Shown: positions 41,483 through 56,022 of the stretch, piece after piece
How positions within the stretch are numbered: the stretch's first letter is position 1
Layout of the letters: each line of letters begins with the position of its first letter
Notes under the pieces: model-generated
What the model was told of the DNA's origin: nothing
The model's input: only the letters and a program-made list of their open reading frames with translations
Databases searched by the model: none
Position numbers and translations under genes: made by a program
NCBI GenBank assembly: GCA_009103225.1
Contig: RHPI01001567.1
Span: 4,864-68,863 of the forward strand
Direction of reading: 5' to 3'
Origin: Chlorokybus atmophyticus
Lineage: Eukaryota > Plantae > Mesostigma and Chlorokybus algae
DNA length: 64,000 nucleotides

Positions 41483-42521
41483 TCCCTCTGTCTCCCTCTC
41501 TCGCTCCCTCTCTCGCTCTGGTCATGACAAGCGGTGTTACCTGCGCGCGCGTGCATGCGGGCACATGCCTGAAGCCATGCGTGCGCGCACAACAGTACAA
41601 GTAAAGTGTACATGTGCTTGCCTTTCGGTATGAGTTATCTGAGCGCTCGCCAGCAACACGTGTCATGTGCAGGGAGAGGCAGAAGGCAGCTGTCGGTACA
41701 GCACCCCTGGAGTCAAGAACATCACCGTCACCATCATGCAGCACGGCTTGAGCACCTCCGGCACTACAAGCATTAGTGTTGTGGAGTACAAGCAAGCATG
41801 CAGCCCGTACGTCAAAGATGCCCGCATAGCACGCATTGTCTTGTCAGCTCTGACGCCATGGTTGTTTTGCTACGTGCATTAGAGCGGAGTATCCCCCCAA
41901 TGGAAGAGCCGTTGGGCAGCGGGGCTGTCCCCAAGTTTACTGGGAATCGGGATACTATGCGTGCAACTACCCCGCCCACATCAAGCCCTCCACGCGACTG
42001 TGGGTGGCGTTCGCAAGCAGCGCTGCGGAAGATGCGGCCGTCATCCGACGCTTGTACGGCAACCGCACTATGATACAGGCCCTGCGCAAGTACAACAGCA
42101 AAGACCAGGTTGGCTGAGATGAGAGGTGTTATGGTGTGTTATGGTTGCAACATTTTGTCAATCCAGTGTAACGAGAGGCTGGTTATCTTGCAGGCGAATC
42201 TGTTTGCAAGCGAGGCTGCTGCGGCACTGCTCAACGCCTTAACACTGGCGTACCCGCAGTGCCCTCTCGCTGTTAAGCTCAAATTCCGCCATGCTCTGTA
42301 TCGCGGCGTCTCCTCGACAGAGGGTGAGTCTCTCTCTCTCTCTCCCTCTCCCTCTCCCTCTCGCTCTCTCGCTCCCCCGTGCGTGAGGGAAGTTGACTCA
42401 ACCAAACATCCTTGATGGGTTACTTATCGCTGTGGCACTATGCAGCGCGCACAGTCTACAACACCTTTCTCTACCACAACAACGCTATTCAAGGATGCAC
42501 CCTGCCTTTTTGTCAAGATAA
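38386..42521 (+). CDS. Secreted protein with nidogen-like (NIDO) domain and PKD/Ig-like modules; at least 11 exons, 3' end unresolved
   Basis: Hydrophobic signal peptide, LYPFG..GD, GDD..S..I.LP, YLNLNG, VAAFWTDL, ATWFN, NTFQAVI, QAGFN.GDG, SNVG..G.W.F, then WDLNNDGAFDDATG and YSTPGVKNITVT. Checked GT-AG junctions stay in phase; two introns contain N gaps. Confidence 0.85.
38795..39175. other. Assembly gap (N run)
   Basis: Further gaps at 40970-41406 and 52391-52577; single n at 17913, 45743 and 54151. Confidence 0.99.
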
Positions 42522-43764
42522 GTGAGGTTGATCACCTGCAGCTAAATCCCTTTGCTAAGACATTGCTGATTTTGGTCACTCCAACTTGAATATGTCAAGT
42601 GTCATGGTGAATGGTAGTTGAAGTCATGTTGAGTATCGAACTACAAACGCTGGTGCCCATGTCTTAGAGCGTCGTAGCGCTTGTTAGGGGTATGCAATTA
42701 TAGCAATAAAAGTGCGTTTTTGTACAGTGTACGTAGCGTCATGCAGCATTAATAACGACCATGACAAGGTCACAACTAAACTGCGACAAGTGACATGTAC
42801 TACAAGCAGCAGTAATGTATATATTGCTTTACGGCTATATCATTTCTTTCTTTCTCTTTCTCGTGTTTGGGAATCGCATAACGAACACCTTGTCGTGATG
42901 TGTACAACAATGCAAGGATACAATAGTAACAGTGTTATCATGAGCAGGCGAGGCGAGTATAACAACGGTAAAAACCTTTTTTTGTATACTTCTGTAACAC
43001 TACTGCGTTATCTTCTCAAGCATGTATGAAGACTACTGGCATACTTGCAGCAGCAGTGTGCACGACCTGAGTGTATGACATAGAAGCATCGGGGCGTGTC
43101 GGAGAAATAGAGGGAGAGAGTTGTCGTCCTGCATGCTGCTGCTGTTGCTTTGCTGCCCATTGCCAACCATGCCCATGTGGTCAGGTGAACACAAACCTGC
43201 ATGGTTGCTGTATGACTAACGGGTCAGGCAAAGTTGACGTAGCATAGAGAGTGCTGGCATGGTGGTGAGTCATATGTTGTAAACTAATAACGCGAGGTGG
43301 TGCATGTCACTTGTATGTCTCAGCACACCAGGCATGCCGACATAGCAGCATACCCCTTTTGTATACACATCTGAGCGTATATCTGCTTGGTACAACAGCC
43401 ACCACGTCATGCACAATAACAGAGCTGCAGCAACCTCTGAAAACTATCGTACGTTGCCCAAAAACACGGTGTACGCACAGTCTAGCACACAGGAGAATGG
43501 ACGGTGTAAGTGTTGCATACAACCAACAGCACCGCGAGTTAGGCGTACTTGGTGGTGAGGCATCGCTTGATGGCACCCACCGTCACGTGAAGGTGAGGTT
43601 GATGTGTTGCAAAGCTTGGCACCAATTGAGGAGGGCACAACTGCGCCTTCATGGCGGCGCACTTGTGGCTGTGCACGGCGAGGGCGGCGCGGAAATGTGC
43701 GTGCGGGGGAGCCTGTTGCCAAGTTGATACGGCGAGCGTGCTGACCCTCTGCTTGTTCTCGTAG

Positions 43765-44732
43765 CCTTCAGAGGCGGCAGCGCCGGCGTGTGGAGCTTTA
43801 GGGTCTTCCACCTGGGCTCGATGAAAGACTGTCCGGGCCACCAGCCCGGACAGAGTCATGTGCCCAACAGCGACAGGCCCCATACCTCGCCACTCGCATA
43901 CAATCTGGGGCTGAAGCGTATCGGGCCCGTGCCGGGCATATACATCACCGCATACACGAATGCGAACTTCAAGCGGCGTCTGGTCGCCTTCACGCAGCTG
44001 CTTGAGGACAAACACATCAGGGAGATACGCAAGGGCTGGCTTCTCGATGCTGGTACGCAGCATGGTTAACACTTGGTCATCCTTTTTAGCACCCCATGGC
44101 CCACGCATGCGCACACACGGCCACACAGACAGGTGCCTGCGGCCAAGTTGAAGGAGTACCTGCGAGTTCGTGGCCTGCAGTACAAGGAGGTCAGCGCAGT
44201 GTTCAGCAACTTGCACGTGTTTGAACAATGCACAGCATGGCACGGTGATCTGTTGGTGTGATGGTGTTTGCACAACTGGTACAACTGCGGCGCATGCTTG
44301 GCTGGCAGGAGTTGAACAAAGTAGCCAAGACGATGTCCGTGTCGGACTTGGCGAGATGGAACACTGTCACCAGGTTTGCGTGGCGTCGGAGCAGGGACGA
44401 CTTGGTGGCGTTCTTGGAAGCCAACCCTGGCATGGCTGAGAGCACAAGCTCCTGGAAAGACACGTGAGCGCAGCCCCCCCGGGCTCAGAAGCAACCAAAC
44501 GGTTGCTCAGGCAGGCTCGCACCTGCACGTACACCTGCATACGCATATGTATACCCACAAGTGCAGCTTTTTTCACAGGCACGCCATCTGCTTCAAGCGC
44601 ATGTCAAGTCAACCCACAACTGTTTGTTCCACAGATGGTTTTGGTGCAGCAGCGACTTCGTGCCCATATTTTGTGGCTTATGTTTGCCTGGAAACTGGTT
44701 GAACTTGAACGCTTGGAGCCCAGTAATACCAA
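43765..44732 (+). CDS. Run of small spliced exons of unknown product; possibly the 3' continuation of the NIDO gene
   Basis: Exons ~43765-44052, ~44133-44189, ~44309-44463 and ~44634-44732 have in-phase GT-AG boundaries and no stops. One has a SAP-like V.AAKLKEYLRVRGL stretch. Confidence 0.5.
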
Positions 44733-44835
44733 GTAAGCAACTTGCGCGCATCGCCACATTGCCTTGTGCCATGCCCCACCCCACCCCCCACGCACCCACA
44801 CCTGCACGCGCACGCGCAAGCATACACATACACGC

Positions 44836-45742
<907 letters not shown>

Positions 45743-46285
45743 NACACAAGCAAGAAACTGCCTTCTACACGGGCAAAGTGTATCCTGAGCAAAGATCTGG
45801 TGGCTCAACTCCACTGAAGACAGCGCTGGTGCATCGCGTTGCACAACCTTGCAAAGCAACCCAGTTAATGGACTCAAGAAGGAAACGAACAGTGCCCAAG
45901 CAGCATGCTCTCTGCACTGGCTGGCAACAGTATCACACTAGTGATAACAAATCAGTGAAAATCTGTCGGTGATGATTGTGACAATTGCACTCACATTCGT
46001 GTATTATAGCGGCCCCTATAGGCTACTGCAGCGGTAGAGACGATGTGATGTCCTTGTTGAAATATATGCCACCTGTCTAGTGCCATGACTGTCTCCAAAT
46101 CCTATGCAGCAAACAGAGCTTGCTAACACAAGAACTCAATCCAGCACTTGCAACATGTCATGCACAAACGACCATCCAGGTCCACGAGCATACCATATGG
46201 CAACCGCACTGGCGCTCATTATTCAGCAATCTATTGATGTTCTATGTAACCAACCCGTCCTAAGCTATCGTTGCATAATTACAGT

Positions 46286-48840
46286 TTACGTCTGACACAA
46301 GCGTGCATCTTTGGGGTTCAGCAACCGTACGGTGTCTTCAGTTGTCCTCCAGCCTTGAGTGGTGGCAGCCTTGAGGAAGGCAGGGAACCGCAGGCGCGTG
46401 TCAACATGGCCAGCCACAATGGCGTCCTGCACTTCCGCTGGAAGGTAACCTCTGTGGTGGTGCCAAGAGTGCTGAGATGTGCTTGAAATTGAAGCCGCCG
46501 GCGCAGACGCCGCGTGCATGTGTGTCGCGGAACCCTTGGAGAACTGTGATGTATGCATCCGGCGGAGTTTTTGCAAGTGGTGCAAAGTGGCATGGCCCTG
46601 CGTGCAGCGCAGTGTTGAGTAACTTGCATGAGACCATACAAGACCATACATATGCGGGCATGCATGCGGCCTCTTACGCAATCACAACAACCTAAGTCTA
46701 GCAAGCTCGGCTTGAGTTTAGTCGCAACAACCACCTAACAATGAATACAGAGAGCTGGATGAATACAACTTGCCTGGAATGCTGCGCGCAGTATATCTTC
46801 TGGTGACGCGTTATCTTTCAACACAACAAACACTTTCCTCTTGTCCAGGCGGTATGTTACAAGGTACGACTCGTCCCTGAAGGTCTGCGCTGCCATCTTG
46901 AAGGCCTCCGCTGTTGGGAAGGCTTCGCTCACCCTGGCACCCAACTCCATCGGCCGATGCCGCGCCCACGGGAACACGCACAGAGCCTCGCTCTTATTCG
47001 CATCCTTGGGAGGCATTACTTCCCCTGAGAGACAGTCAATCTCAAACCATGATCATCATCACAATGCCATTCACTGCTGCATTGTTGGTGTCACAAACAA
47101 TGCGTACCATCTTCAAGGTAGCGGTTGGCGACGACTTCAAGGCGCGAGCGGTTGAGTGTGGGTATTTGCACGCTTCTGACCTCGCGATAGGAGCCAAATA
47201 TGTAGCCCGCGGCAAGGGTCCCGTAAGTGGCCCAGAGTGCAGATGAGTGGCGCCGCGACAGGCAGATGCCAATGCCCGTCCCCACCAGATCAGCCAGGTT
47301 GCTCACACTCTCGCCCTTCGCCGTGATGTCACCCAGGTTCTCGCTGCGTGCAAACGCCTTGTATATCGGTGCCCGTGTGGACGACGCTGTCACAGCAGCC
47401 AGATTCTGCAATGCATGATGCGAGTCCTTCAGTTGTGGCTGATTGCTGTTGTTGTGGCAATTTCATATTGCAACAACTCACCAAGAGCTGATTGTGTTTG
47501 CCAGCAGCACAACACTACTACACATTGATGCTGTATGCACACACCCTTCACACCTGCACAATCATGCACAAGTGCACGCACATGCAATGCGCGTTCTGCA
47601 TACAGTGTACCTTGGCTAGGTTTGCACAGCATGCGAGCGGTAGGAAGTATCGCGGGAAGAAGGCTGTGGCGAGCTCGACGGATGCGCCGCCCATCATGAG
47701 GACATTGCCAGCGAAGCGGAACTGCTTGAGCTCGCAGTCAAACTTCTTCCCTTGGCGGGCGAACAGCATCTTGCCGAGACGGCCGGCACCGTCCTTAATG
47801 GCCCAGTTAACAGCCACAGCCGCAGCTGCGGGAGCGTGGCCGCGGTTTGGAGCACCAACAGCAGACAAAAGCGCCCGCGTCGTGAACACGCTCAAAGCCC
47901 CTCCAAATAAATACTGCACAGGAAACGACACACAAACATCAGAGATCGGTCAAGCGCGAACAGTCACATCCTGAAATGCAGCTGGCTGTTTAAGCTGATG
48001 ATCCAACATACTCAGCACTTGATCAAATATCAAAGCAGTATAGTGCACACTGATTTAGTTGCGTTGTGCTACACCACAATTCACTGCTAGAATGCACGGT
48101 ACTGAGCCATGGTTGCTGCTTTTACTGTTGATTTTGACTACTTCACAGTGCACCAGTCTCATTGTCTCATCTGCGTTGTTTTGCACCTGCACAGCCCTCC
48201 ATCGCATGTAGGGCGCAAAGTCCGGTGAGACGGTGGCCGGGTAGCCGTCTGGCAGGATCCATGAGCAGCACCATGCCTTCATCGACTGTACCAGGCGCCG
48301 GGATCTGTCCGTAACCACCTCAACGACCTCAAAATCAGCCTCGCTTCGACTTCGACTTCTACTGCTACTTAGACTCTTACTGCTATTCCTATTTACAAGC
48401 CCTTTTCTATGCCCATGCCCGCCCTTCCGCCTGCCACTCTCCCCCCTGGCGAAGTACATGTGGCACCGCCCATTGCTGATCTCGAAGCAGAGAGGCTGAT
48501 CTTCCTGTGCTTCGTCTCCTCCTCGTCCTTCCCCTGCTCCTGCTACGGCTCCTCTGCCTGCTGACCGTCCGCTGGTCTGGGCCGGCGGACTGCTGTGCAA
48601 TGCATCCAGAGTTTGCTCGTGCAGTGCTGATGTAGATGATGATGCCGCCGTAGGCGCCACGCGAGAGTTGCTGCTGTTCCGGTGCTGCAGCCGAAGCTGG
48701 AGAGGTGAGCAGCCGGGCCTCCATGCCGCTTGTGGCGGCATAGAAGACGAGCCTGAGGAGGAAGAGGAGGCCGACGATGACGAGGAGGAGGCGGACGACG
48801 AGGCAGCCGGCGCCGAGCTCTTGCAATTGGAGAACGCCAT
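46286..48840 (-). CDS. RUS6: ROOT UVB SENSITIVE family (DUF647) protein, RUS6-like, 5 exons, 605 aa
   Basis: Exons 48840-48187, 47913-47611, 47405-47108, 47024-46774 and 46597-46286 total 1818 nt in frame. LPDGYP..V..D..Y..WR, NWAIKDGAGRLGKMLFARQGKKFD, ENLGDITAKGE and FPW..RP..LGAR match recalled plant RUS6. Confidence 0.92.
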
Positions 48841-51800
48841 CTGCGTGCAATGCTTTGAAATCACAACAGCCTCCTTTACCGAGGACTTGACTCACTACCC
48901 TCCTATCTCCGCCCCTGCGCTACGCTTACACCAACCATCCCACCGCCGCCGCCGTTGCCGCCAGATTGCTCCACCTGTACCAGGTTGTTCGTCCCACCTT
49001 TGACATCTCACTTGGCTCCGATATCACTACACTACAAAATGTCGGGTGTGCTCAGATGGTACCTGCTGGACGCGAAGAAGGCGATATCATGCGGTTGATG
49101 GTGGATTTCCGGCATAGTACAGTGTGAGGTGCCACGCTGGAGTGGAAACCGCGCGCGATTTGAACGGAGCGGCGGACGGCGCACTGGCCAATTGGGCGGC
49201 CCATGGTACGCGCCACCACGTCAGCGCCAGCGGTGGACGGGATGATAGAGGAAAAGTGGACGGCAGAGGCTCGCGGACCGCCATGCGAACGTCGCATGAT
49301 GCGGCGTCACGGACCGTGACATGGTCACGGTCACATAACACCTTGCTACAACATACACTTAACCTTACTTGCCTGTACTTGACTCTATACAAGTTAGTTA
49401 TCATTTCGCCCTATGCTGCTCGCAGCAGCCTGGTCGCTCCTATGAAAGAAGAAGTAGACTGCTGTGAAACTAATTAATGAAGTTAATAATCATGCGTTAG
49501 TGTAAGTGGTGTTGCGGCGTTCAACAGCTAGTTAATACGATGACAGCATCTTTAAGTTTATGATTTACAGTGTAATATATAGGGAGCTACTGTACTTCAT
49601 GACACGGTTAGGCTCCAGTGCTATAACACTATGCATAGCTTGATTAGTAAGCTATGTGTTATGCATTTGCTTGTGTGCAACTTGTGTGATTAAAGCACGA
49701 GCGTGAAACTCAAAGCAACCGCTCGCGATGTTTATCTGACCGACCTTTGATACAATAAGAACACCTTATCACACACCGCATTATAAGTTATGCTGCATGG
49801 AACACGCACAACCGAGCACACGCAATAAATGCATACCCTTTCGATTGCATCGCCACCGCACACACGCAATGCACTACACTCGCTCGATACGGATGCAACT
49901 TAAACAGCGTGCACAGCACCGGCCACAAAATATTAATGTGCATTGTGTTAACACGAGGGGCACCTTCAGGGGTCAATGTTGGCGTCCAAAGCTATAGTCA
50001 ACACTTGTCGTGTAACAGTCGAGGCCAATAATCATGTTTTCAGGATCTTTTTCAGCCTTATTTGTCGAACATCATGTTTTCACGACTTTTGGTGAATATT
50101 GGCGAGTTGTGTGCGAGTCTGTCGCAGATATTGACCGGGGCTAAGGACCAGTCTGGAAGCCGCCAGAAAACGGAGGGCCAGTCGAGAAGGGCCCGACCAG
50201 ATTTCAGGAACGGCCTGGCGCCAAATAGTATAAGTTGGTCATACGGGCACCAAATGAAGAGTTCTTTGGTGTGTAGGAAAGGTCTGGGAGGGTATTACAC
50301 GATTGTGCAAGTTTGATTTATTAGCTTCTAATTCCGTCTAGCGCAAGAATCGTTCAGACAGTAGCATGTGCAGACCGGTAGGTATAAAAGAGACAGTTCA
50401 TTATGTGCAATACAACCTTTATCGCCCTGGTTTCTTGTGTGCAAGCTTGTTGGTAGTTAGCAGTGATTGCTAGCGTGTGTCCACTAGTGTGAGCTTGCTT
50501 GTATGACGATGCAAGGCGCTACACAAGTTGGTGTGTAGCTTCGAGCGCATGCGCGTGGGCACGCAAGTGGCGGGGCGCGTGTGTGCGTGGCAGAGGGGGC
50601 AAGGTTCTGGTGTGAATACCGTGTCTTGGTGAGAGGGTTGTTGATTGGATTGTTGATTGCCAACTCACAGGTAGCAAGGCACAAGCACCGTCACAGGTCG
50701 TGCCTTCATGAATTCACTGTTTGTAGCATCTAGATACCTTGCGCAACTTATAGGCGTCGATGAGGGCCCCATCTACAATTAGTGTTACTAATTGGATTCT
50801 GCAACAACGACCGCCGAGGCGCGTGCAACACTTAATATCGACGATGACGAGCAATACAATATCGACCGCAACATGTCATAATGCTATAGTGGATCGCCCA
50901 CATAAATGCCGTCCATGGCAACAACCGTACTGTTTAATAATAAAAAGTTGTCGTATATATACGACACGAGTATATTTGATAAAAGGGGTCAACTTGATCT
51001 TCTTCCCTTTGCGGCTGCGCCACTTTTCTGGTAGCTCGTCCCATGCATACACTGTAAAGCCTCCCAACTTGGAGACCAGCCACTCGAGCTGCGCACACAA
51101 TCGAGCAGGCAACTCATTTGGAATGCGCAATTTGTTTCTTGGTTCAACACAATCATTAAGGATGTTATCAAATCGCAGGTGCCCACACCTGCGATTTGAT
51201 AACATCCTTAATCTGAATGAACTCCCAACGTTGCGGCTCCTTTGAAGCATTGGGGAAGTAGATTCTAATATGATGGTACTTCATGCGTTTCTCTGTAATG
51301 GTATTACACACTTTCGTTGGATGTTCAAGCTGCTTGACAACATGCAAGCAATGGGCTATTGCAGAGACGCACTCATATCACGTGAAGGCTCGGGACTATG
51401 AGCACGCTGAAGCTTTGTGTTGGGTATATATAATTGCACACTGTGCGGTCATTTACATGTAAATTCTCATGGCATGCAGACATTTGTCCCAACTCTTGGC
51501 TACAGCATCCGCTATAGCACAAAGCTGCACTATGTGAGTGAGCGTTACGGTACGCGTACCATACGGCTCACTCACATAGTCTTTTGCTACAATGGAGCAA
51601 ATGGTAGAAGGCCAAGATGTTTGCGTGGGAATGTTAAAATTTATGCCATAACTTAAAATGCGGCGTACATCAATTCAGCTTGTCTTTTGCATATAAACAG
51701 GCGCTCCAGGGCTTTAAACGACTCCAGTTTCACAAGGTCCAAGTCCGAGAAGGTTCTAGATGCGGACTCGGGTTTGGAGACTTATACGAGCTGTCAAATA

Positions 51801-54800
51801 ATTAAGCCATGGTTACATTAGCAGCTGGCGCATGTTCGACATGAGTTATTGCTTATCAAAAAGCTCTTAAACTCTGCTATATAACACAAATTAACGCGCA
51901 GCATTTCATGGAGTGTGCTGGATGCAGTCGCTTTTACATTACACAGATGTGTTCCGCGCGATTACAAAGCCCGTGAACATGTTGGTAATATAAGATCTTC
52001 ATCTTGTTATTGCAGTATGTTAACAATGGTGTTGTCGCGTGCACATATGCGTGTCTATCAGCGCACCTTAAAACATAATAGAAATAGAGCGTTTTTCAGA
52101 TGATGCTTGCCTGCATGTGGCATCTTGCCGCAATGATTGCACCCTCGCCCTCCAGCACCTTCAGTGTCCGCTCTTTTGTTTGGAAGCAAGCGTCACCAAC
52201 GTTCGTAGGCCTGATCACTAGCCAACTGTAACGCAAGACTGCACGCAGGGTGGTCTCGGTGTACACTACCCTAGCTAACAGACGCCCGCTTCGCTGGCAA
52301 AATGGGCCATACGTTTGCTGGACCCTTCTAGGTCACCTTGAGGGTCTTGAGGCATCCCTTTTTCGACCTTTGACGCTACGAGCAAGCCCCNNNNNNNNNN
52401 NNNNNNNNNNNNNNNNNNNNNNNNNNNNNNNNNNNNNNNNNNNNNNNNNNNNNNNNNNNNNNNNNNNNNNNNNNNNNNNNNNNNNNNNNNNNNNNNNNNN
52501 NNNNNNNNNNNNNNNNNNNNNNNNNNNNNNNNNNNNNNNNNNNNNNNNNNNNNNNNNNNNNNNNNNNNNNNNNNNNNCCCCCCCCCCCTGCCTGTCAAGC
52601 ACCTTCCCTTGCAGTGGCACCCGATTGTAGGTGCTTAGCAATACGCCCTGCCCTCCTTTGGGACAAGTCTGTTAGTTTTAACCGTGGACTCTTCACCCAC
52701 CAAAGGACCCTATAGAGTGCAAGCGGCACCAATGATTAAGCGTCTGCGTGGCTTGAAACAAGCCAAAAGGGCACGGTTGCAAGCCCTACGGGGTTGACTG
52801 CTTCGTTGCTGATCAAGCATAGCCTCTTTTACCCAAGATGACATCACCTTGCAAGAGGCCTGTGTGGCTGCAGCAATTGGTCTACAACGCTACAGCAAAT
52901 GGTCAACAGCGTTGACAACGGTCACGTGTGCTCATAGCACGCTGCATTCTCTCATTTACAAGGACTATTAGCAACTATAAAACAAAGTTATAGCATGCCT
53001 TACATGTGCTATGAGGTGATGAAGCGCTTGCGCTAGATTAGGGCATAAAAAGAGAACTGTAAACACATACACATAATACACTCCTGTATGATTTTTAGCG
53101 ACCACGCACATGACCCCATGCAGTGCAAGTCATACCTCTCTCTTGAACATTGCCTTAGCCCCACCTCTTGCAGTAGTACAACCTGAGACTAGACTTGCAG
53201 TTGCCTAAGGAACGTACAAGACATGCACGCAAGCATATTGCCTTTCAACTCTAGCAACACCGCATGTGAGGATGATGTCCCCCATGCAATTGGCCGTTTC
53301 TTCCCCACTCGCAAAACTACCATAGCGAGTTAATTTGCGGACTTGAAACTGAAGTTCTTTATTTTTACACTGCACGCAAGCAAAAGTGTCTTAGAATGGC
53401 GGGGGCCGGATTAAAAGAATAAACAATGTAGAGAAGTAGACTCAACAAGCATATGCAAAAGTACAAGTACATGGTAAGATGGGAGCCCCGTGTGGAGGAG
53501 AACTGACGAGAGGGAGATAAGTCAGTATGAAGTCGTCCGAGAAGGAGTGCCTAACCACTCGAGGAAAGGGGAGCGTCAAAGAAAAAGACCATTGATGGTT
53601 GCGACAATTTAAAGTAAATTTAGACTTTATTATGGCAGTGAGACGCTTATCTATGTCATCGGAGCTCACTATAGAGAGCACCCGCTGCAAACCTTCATAC
53701 GCAACGTGCGTGATGGCAGCGGATGTAACGCGGGGCTTAGCCGACTAGGCCATGGTAGCAAAAGTCGCTACTATGAGAGGTTGTGTATTGCTTATCAATG
53801 CTTCAATGGCCCTTCTTAGCCTATTTCACATTACCCGGCATTCCAGCGGAGATGGATATAACGCACTGTATAGCGGAGTGAGGCACGCAATTAAAGATGG
53901 AGCGGTTGCGTGAGAGTCTATTATGCTAGAGGACGGGGGAAAAGCTTGCTTGAATTGGTGCGCAGTGCAGAGGAAGGGTAGGGAGGGTGAAAGAAGGGCG
54001 CATGAAAAGAGCGGTCAAAGTGATGGCCAGTAAAGAGGCGCCATACAGAGCAAAACTAGTGCCACACGTGTGCATTGTATGTGCACACGTGAGGCCGCTA
54101 CACGTGGCACTATTTTCTTGGTGAAGAAAGGGGGGGGGGGGGGGGGGGGGNTACACATTACACTCTCATCCACAGGTGGAAGTGGAGCAGGCGATCATAT
54201 ATAAAGAGTGCATGATGCAGCCGCCGCCAAAGAACAAAGTGGACAAAACGGTTGTGCGGGGAAGAGTGAACAAACTGTCACACGATGTGCTAGCTATTCT
54301 CCGAGGAGAGCGCATCTGGCCATTTGCGTGAAGCTGAAGAGAGTCAAGGTGGCGGAAGGTGAGCACATGACACCCCCACCACAAGCGGTATTCCCAAAGC
54401 AAGCTGAGCTGCTTCATAGCAGAGCCAACAGCCTGTTCAGTTGATCACTTAGCGAGAGCATGGTGAACATGCCAGTACATGAGGGGGGCCGCACCACCCT
54501 CCACCTTTTGAAGCGCTATGGCGAGGAGGTCGATCCATGCATGCCTATTGACGGGCATTACTGGCATGGTAGAGTGGCCAGCGACTGGCGAAGGAACACA
54601 TGGATGCGCACAAATTGATGACACTTGCAGGAGGCTGCTGCAAAGCCTTTGCGGTGACACTCTGTCCTCCGGAAGGATAGAGTGTCACTATCTGAGCCAT
54701 AAAGGTCGAAGGCAACACCCTTGCACTTTCGCAAGTGACCGCGTCCATTATATAATTGCTTTTATTATAGCGGGTGAAGCAGTCGGCAGGCTTCCCTATT

Positions 54801-55387
54801 AAAAAAGGCGGGGAGACCAACACCAATGTGGAGAAGCAGAAGCCCCTCATTGGGGAGCCTCTCGAGGCAGTTGCGCAGTTGCTGAAGCTGCGCTTGTCAC
54901 AAGCGCAGCTCGGGAGGTACGGTGCCCGAAAGGGAGCAAGTTGCAATGCAGCCAGAAAGGGATGGCGTCAGCATTGTAGAAGGCTTTGTTTGAGGTGCTC
55001 CAAATGTCACGCACTACCTGAAACCCGTAATGGCCCACCTAAGGTGCCAGAAGACCTCAACACCTTGTCGTCAGCCTCAATGTGCGGGTCAAGAAAGATG
55101 TTGACGAGGCATCATGGTGCAAGCTCAGGCTTGCTGCAAGCATATAAAGGTCAGCACATGCAGAAAATAATGCGTATATGGTAGTGTATGGAACATCGTC
55201 GCAATATGTTTTCCCTGCCGACCGACTAATAATAATAATGGCAACGGCCGTGCACCTGAGGACGCTTATCTAAACTGTCGTAGCTCAAGCCACCTGTAAT
55301 CTTGATACAGGGACCTAATAGTAACTTTCGTTACTGTAAGGCCCTTTTTGTTACAATTTAGTCTTTAACAGTTGACTATGCCTAACT

Positions 55388-55652
55388 AACAGGCGCCTGT
55401 TAGTTACCTATTAGGCCTTAACAGGTGACTTTACATAATTAACAGGCACCTGTTAGTCACACACCAGGCCTTAACAAATGACTTTGTGTAATTTACAGGC
55501 AACTGTTAGTTACACATCAGGCCTTATTAGGTGACTACAACTAATCAACGGGCACCTGTAAGTTACAAATCAGTCTTACTTAGGTGAGTCAGCCTATGTG
55601 ACAGGCACCTGCAGGTTACACACCAGTCCAGCGCAGGCGACTAAGCCTAATT
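55388..55652. repeat. Five 53-bp degenerate tandem repeats with palindromic core AACAGGC(A/G)CCTGTT
   Basis: Units start at 55388, 55441, 55494, 55547 and 55600. Confidence 0.9.
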
Positions 55653-56022
55653 CGCAAGCACCAACTAGGTAATTATCGACAAAATAAGGCATTCTTTAAC
55701 AACTGAAGGTGATCAATGCCTGACTGTCGTCATATGTATTTGCATAGCTTGACTACACGCGACTGTCACTGACATCCAGCATTGTTATGTGCCTGTGCTG
55801 TGTACATGTACATGAAATGTGTACAGTGTCTCTCAGTCACTTGCCAAGGCTTGTAGTTCGATTATGTGACTCGAATGCAGTTCTGTTGTATATCATAGGG
55901 ATGCAAGTATTGATGTGCATGAGCATAATGACGATTGACTGAGCTGGTTTAAGATGCACAACACTCAGTCACAAGAGCCTTGTAGCTATGTACACTACCA
56001 GCTAAACGGACTACCAACTGCG

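Noticed and set aside
43539-44273. 244-aa minus-strand ORF
   Set aside because: It is the antisense shadow of plus-strand exons that have in-phase splice sites.
54170-55110. Possible TET/JBP-like dioxygenase relic (PHIEADD segment)
   Set aside because: There is no HxD match and no distal His motif, and it has many stops. It looks like a decayed coding region I cannot assign.
55388-55652. CRISPR-like array (also considered for 5400-5715)
   Set aside because: Whole units are homologous with no unique spacers, no cas genes, and the context is eukaryotic.
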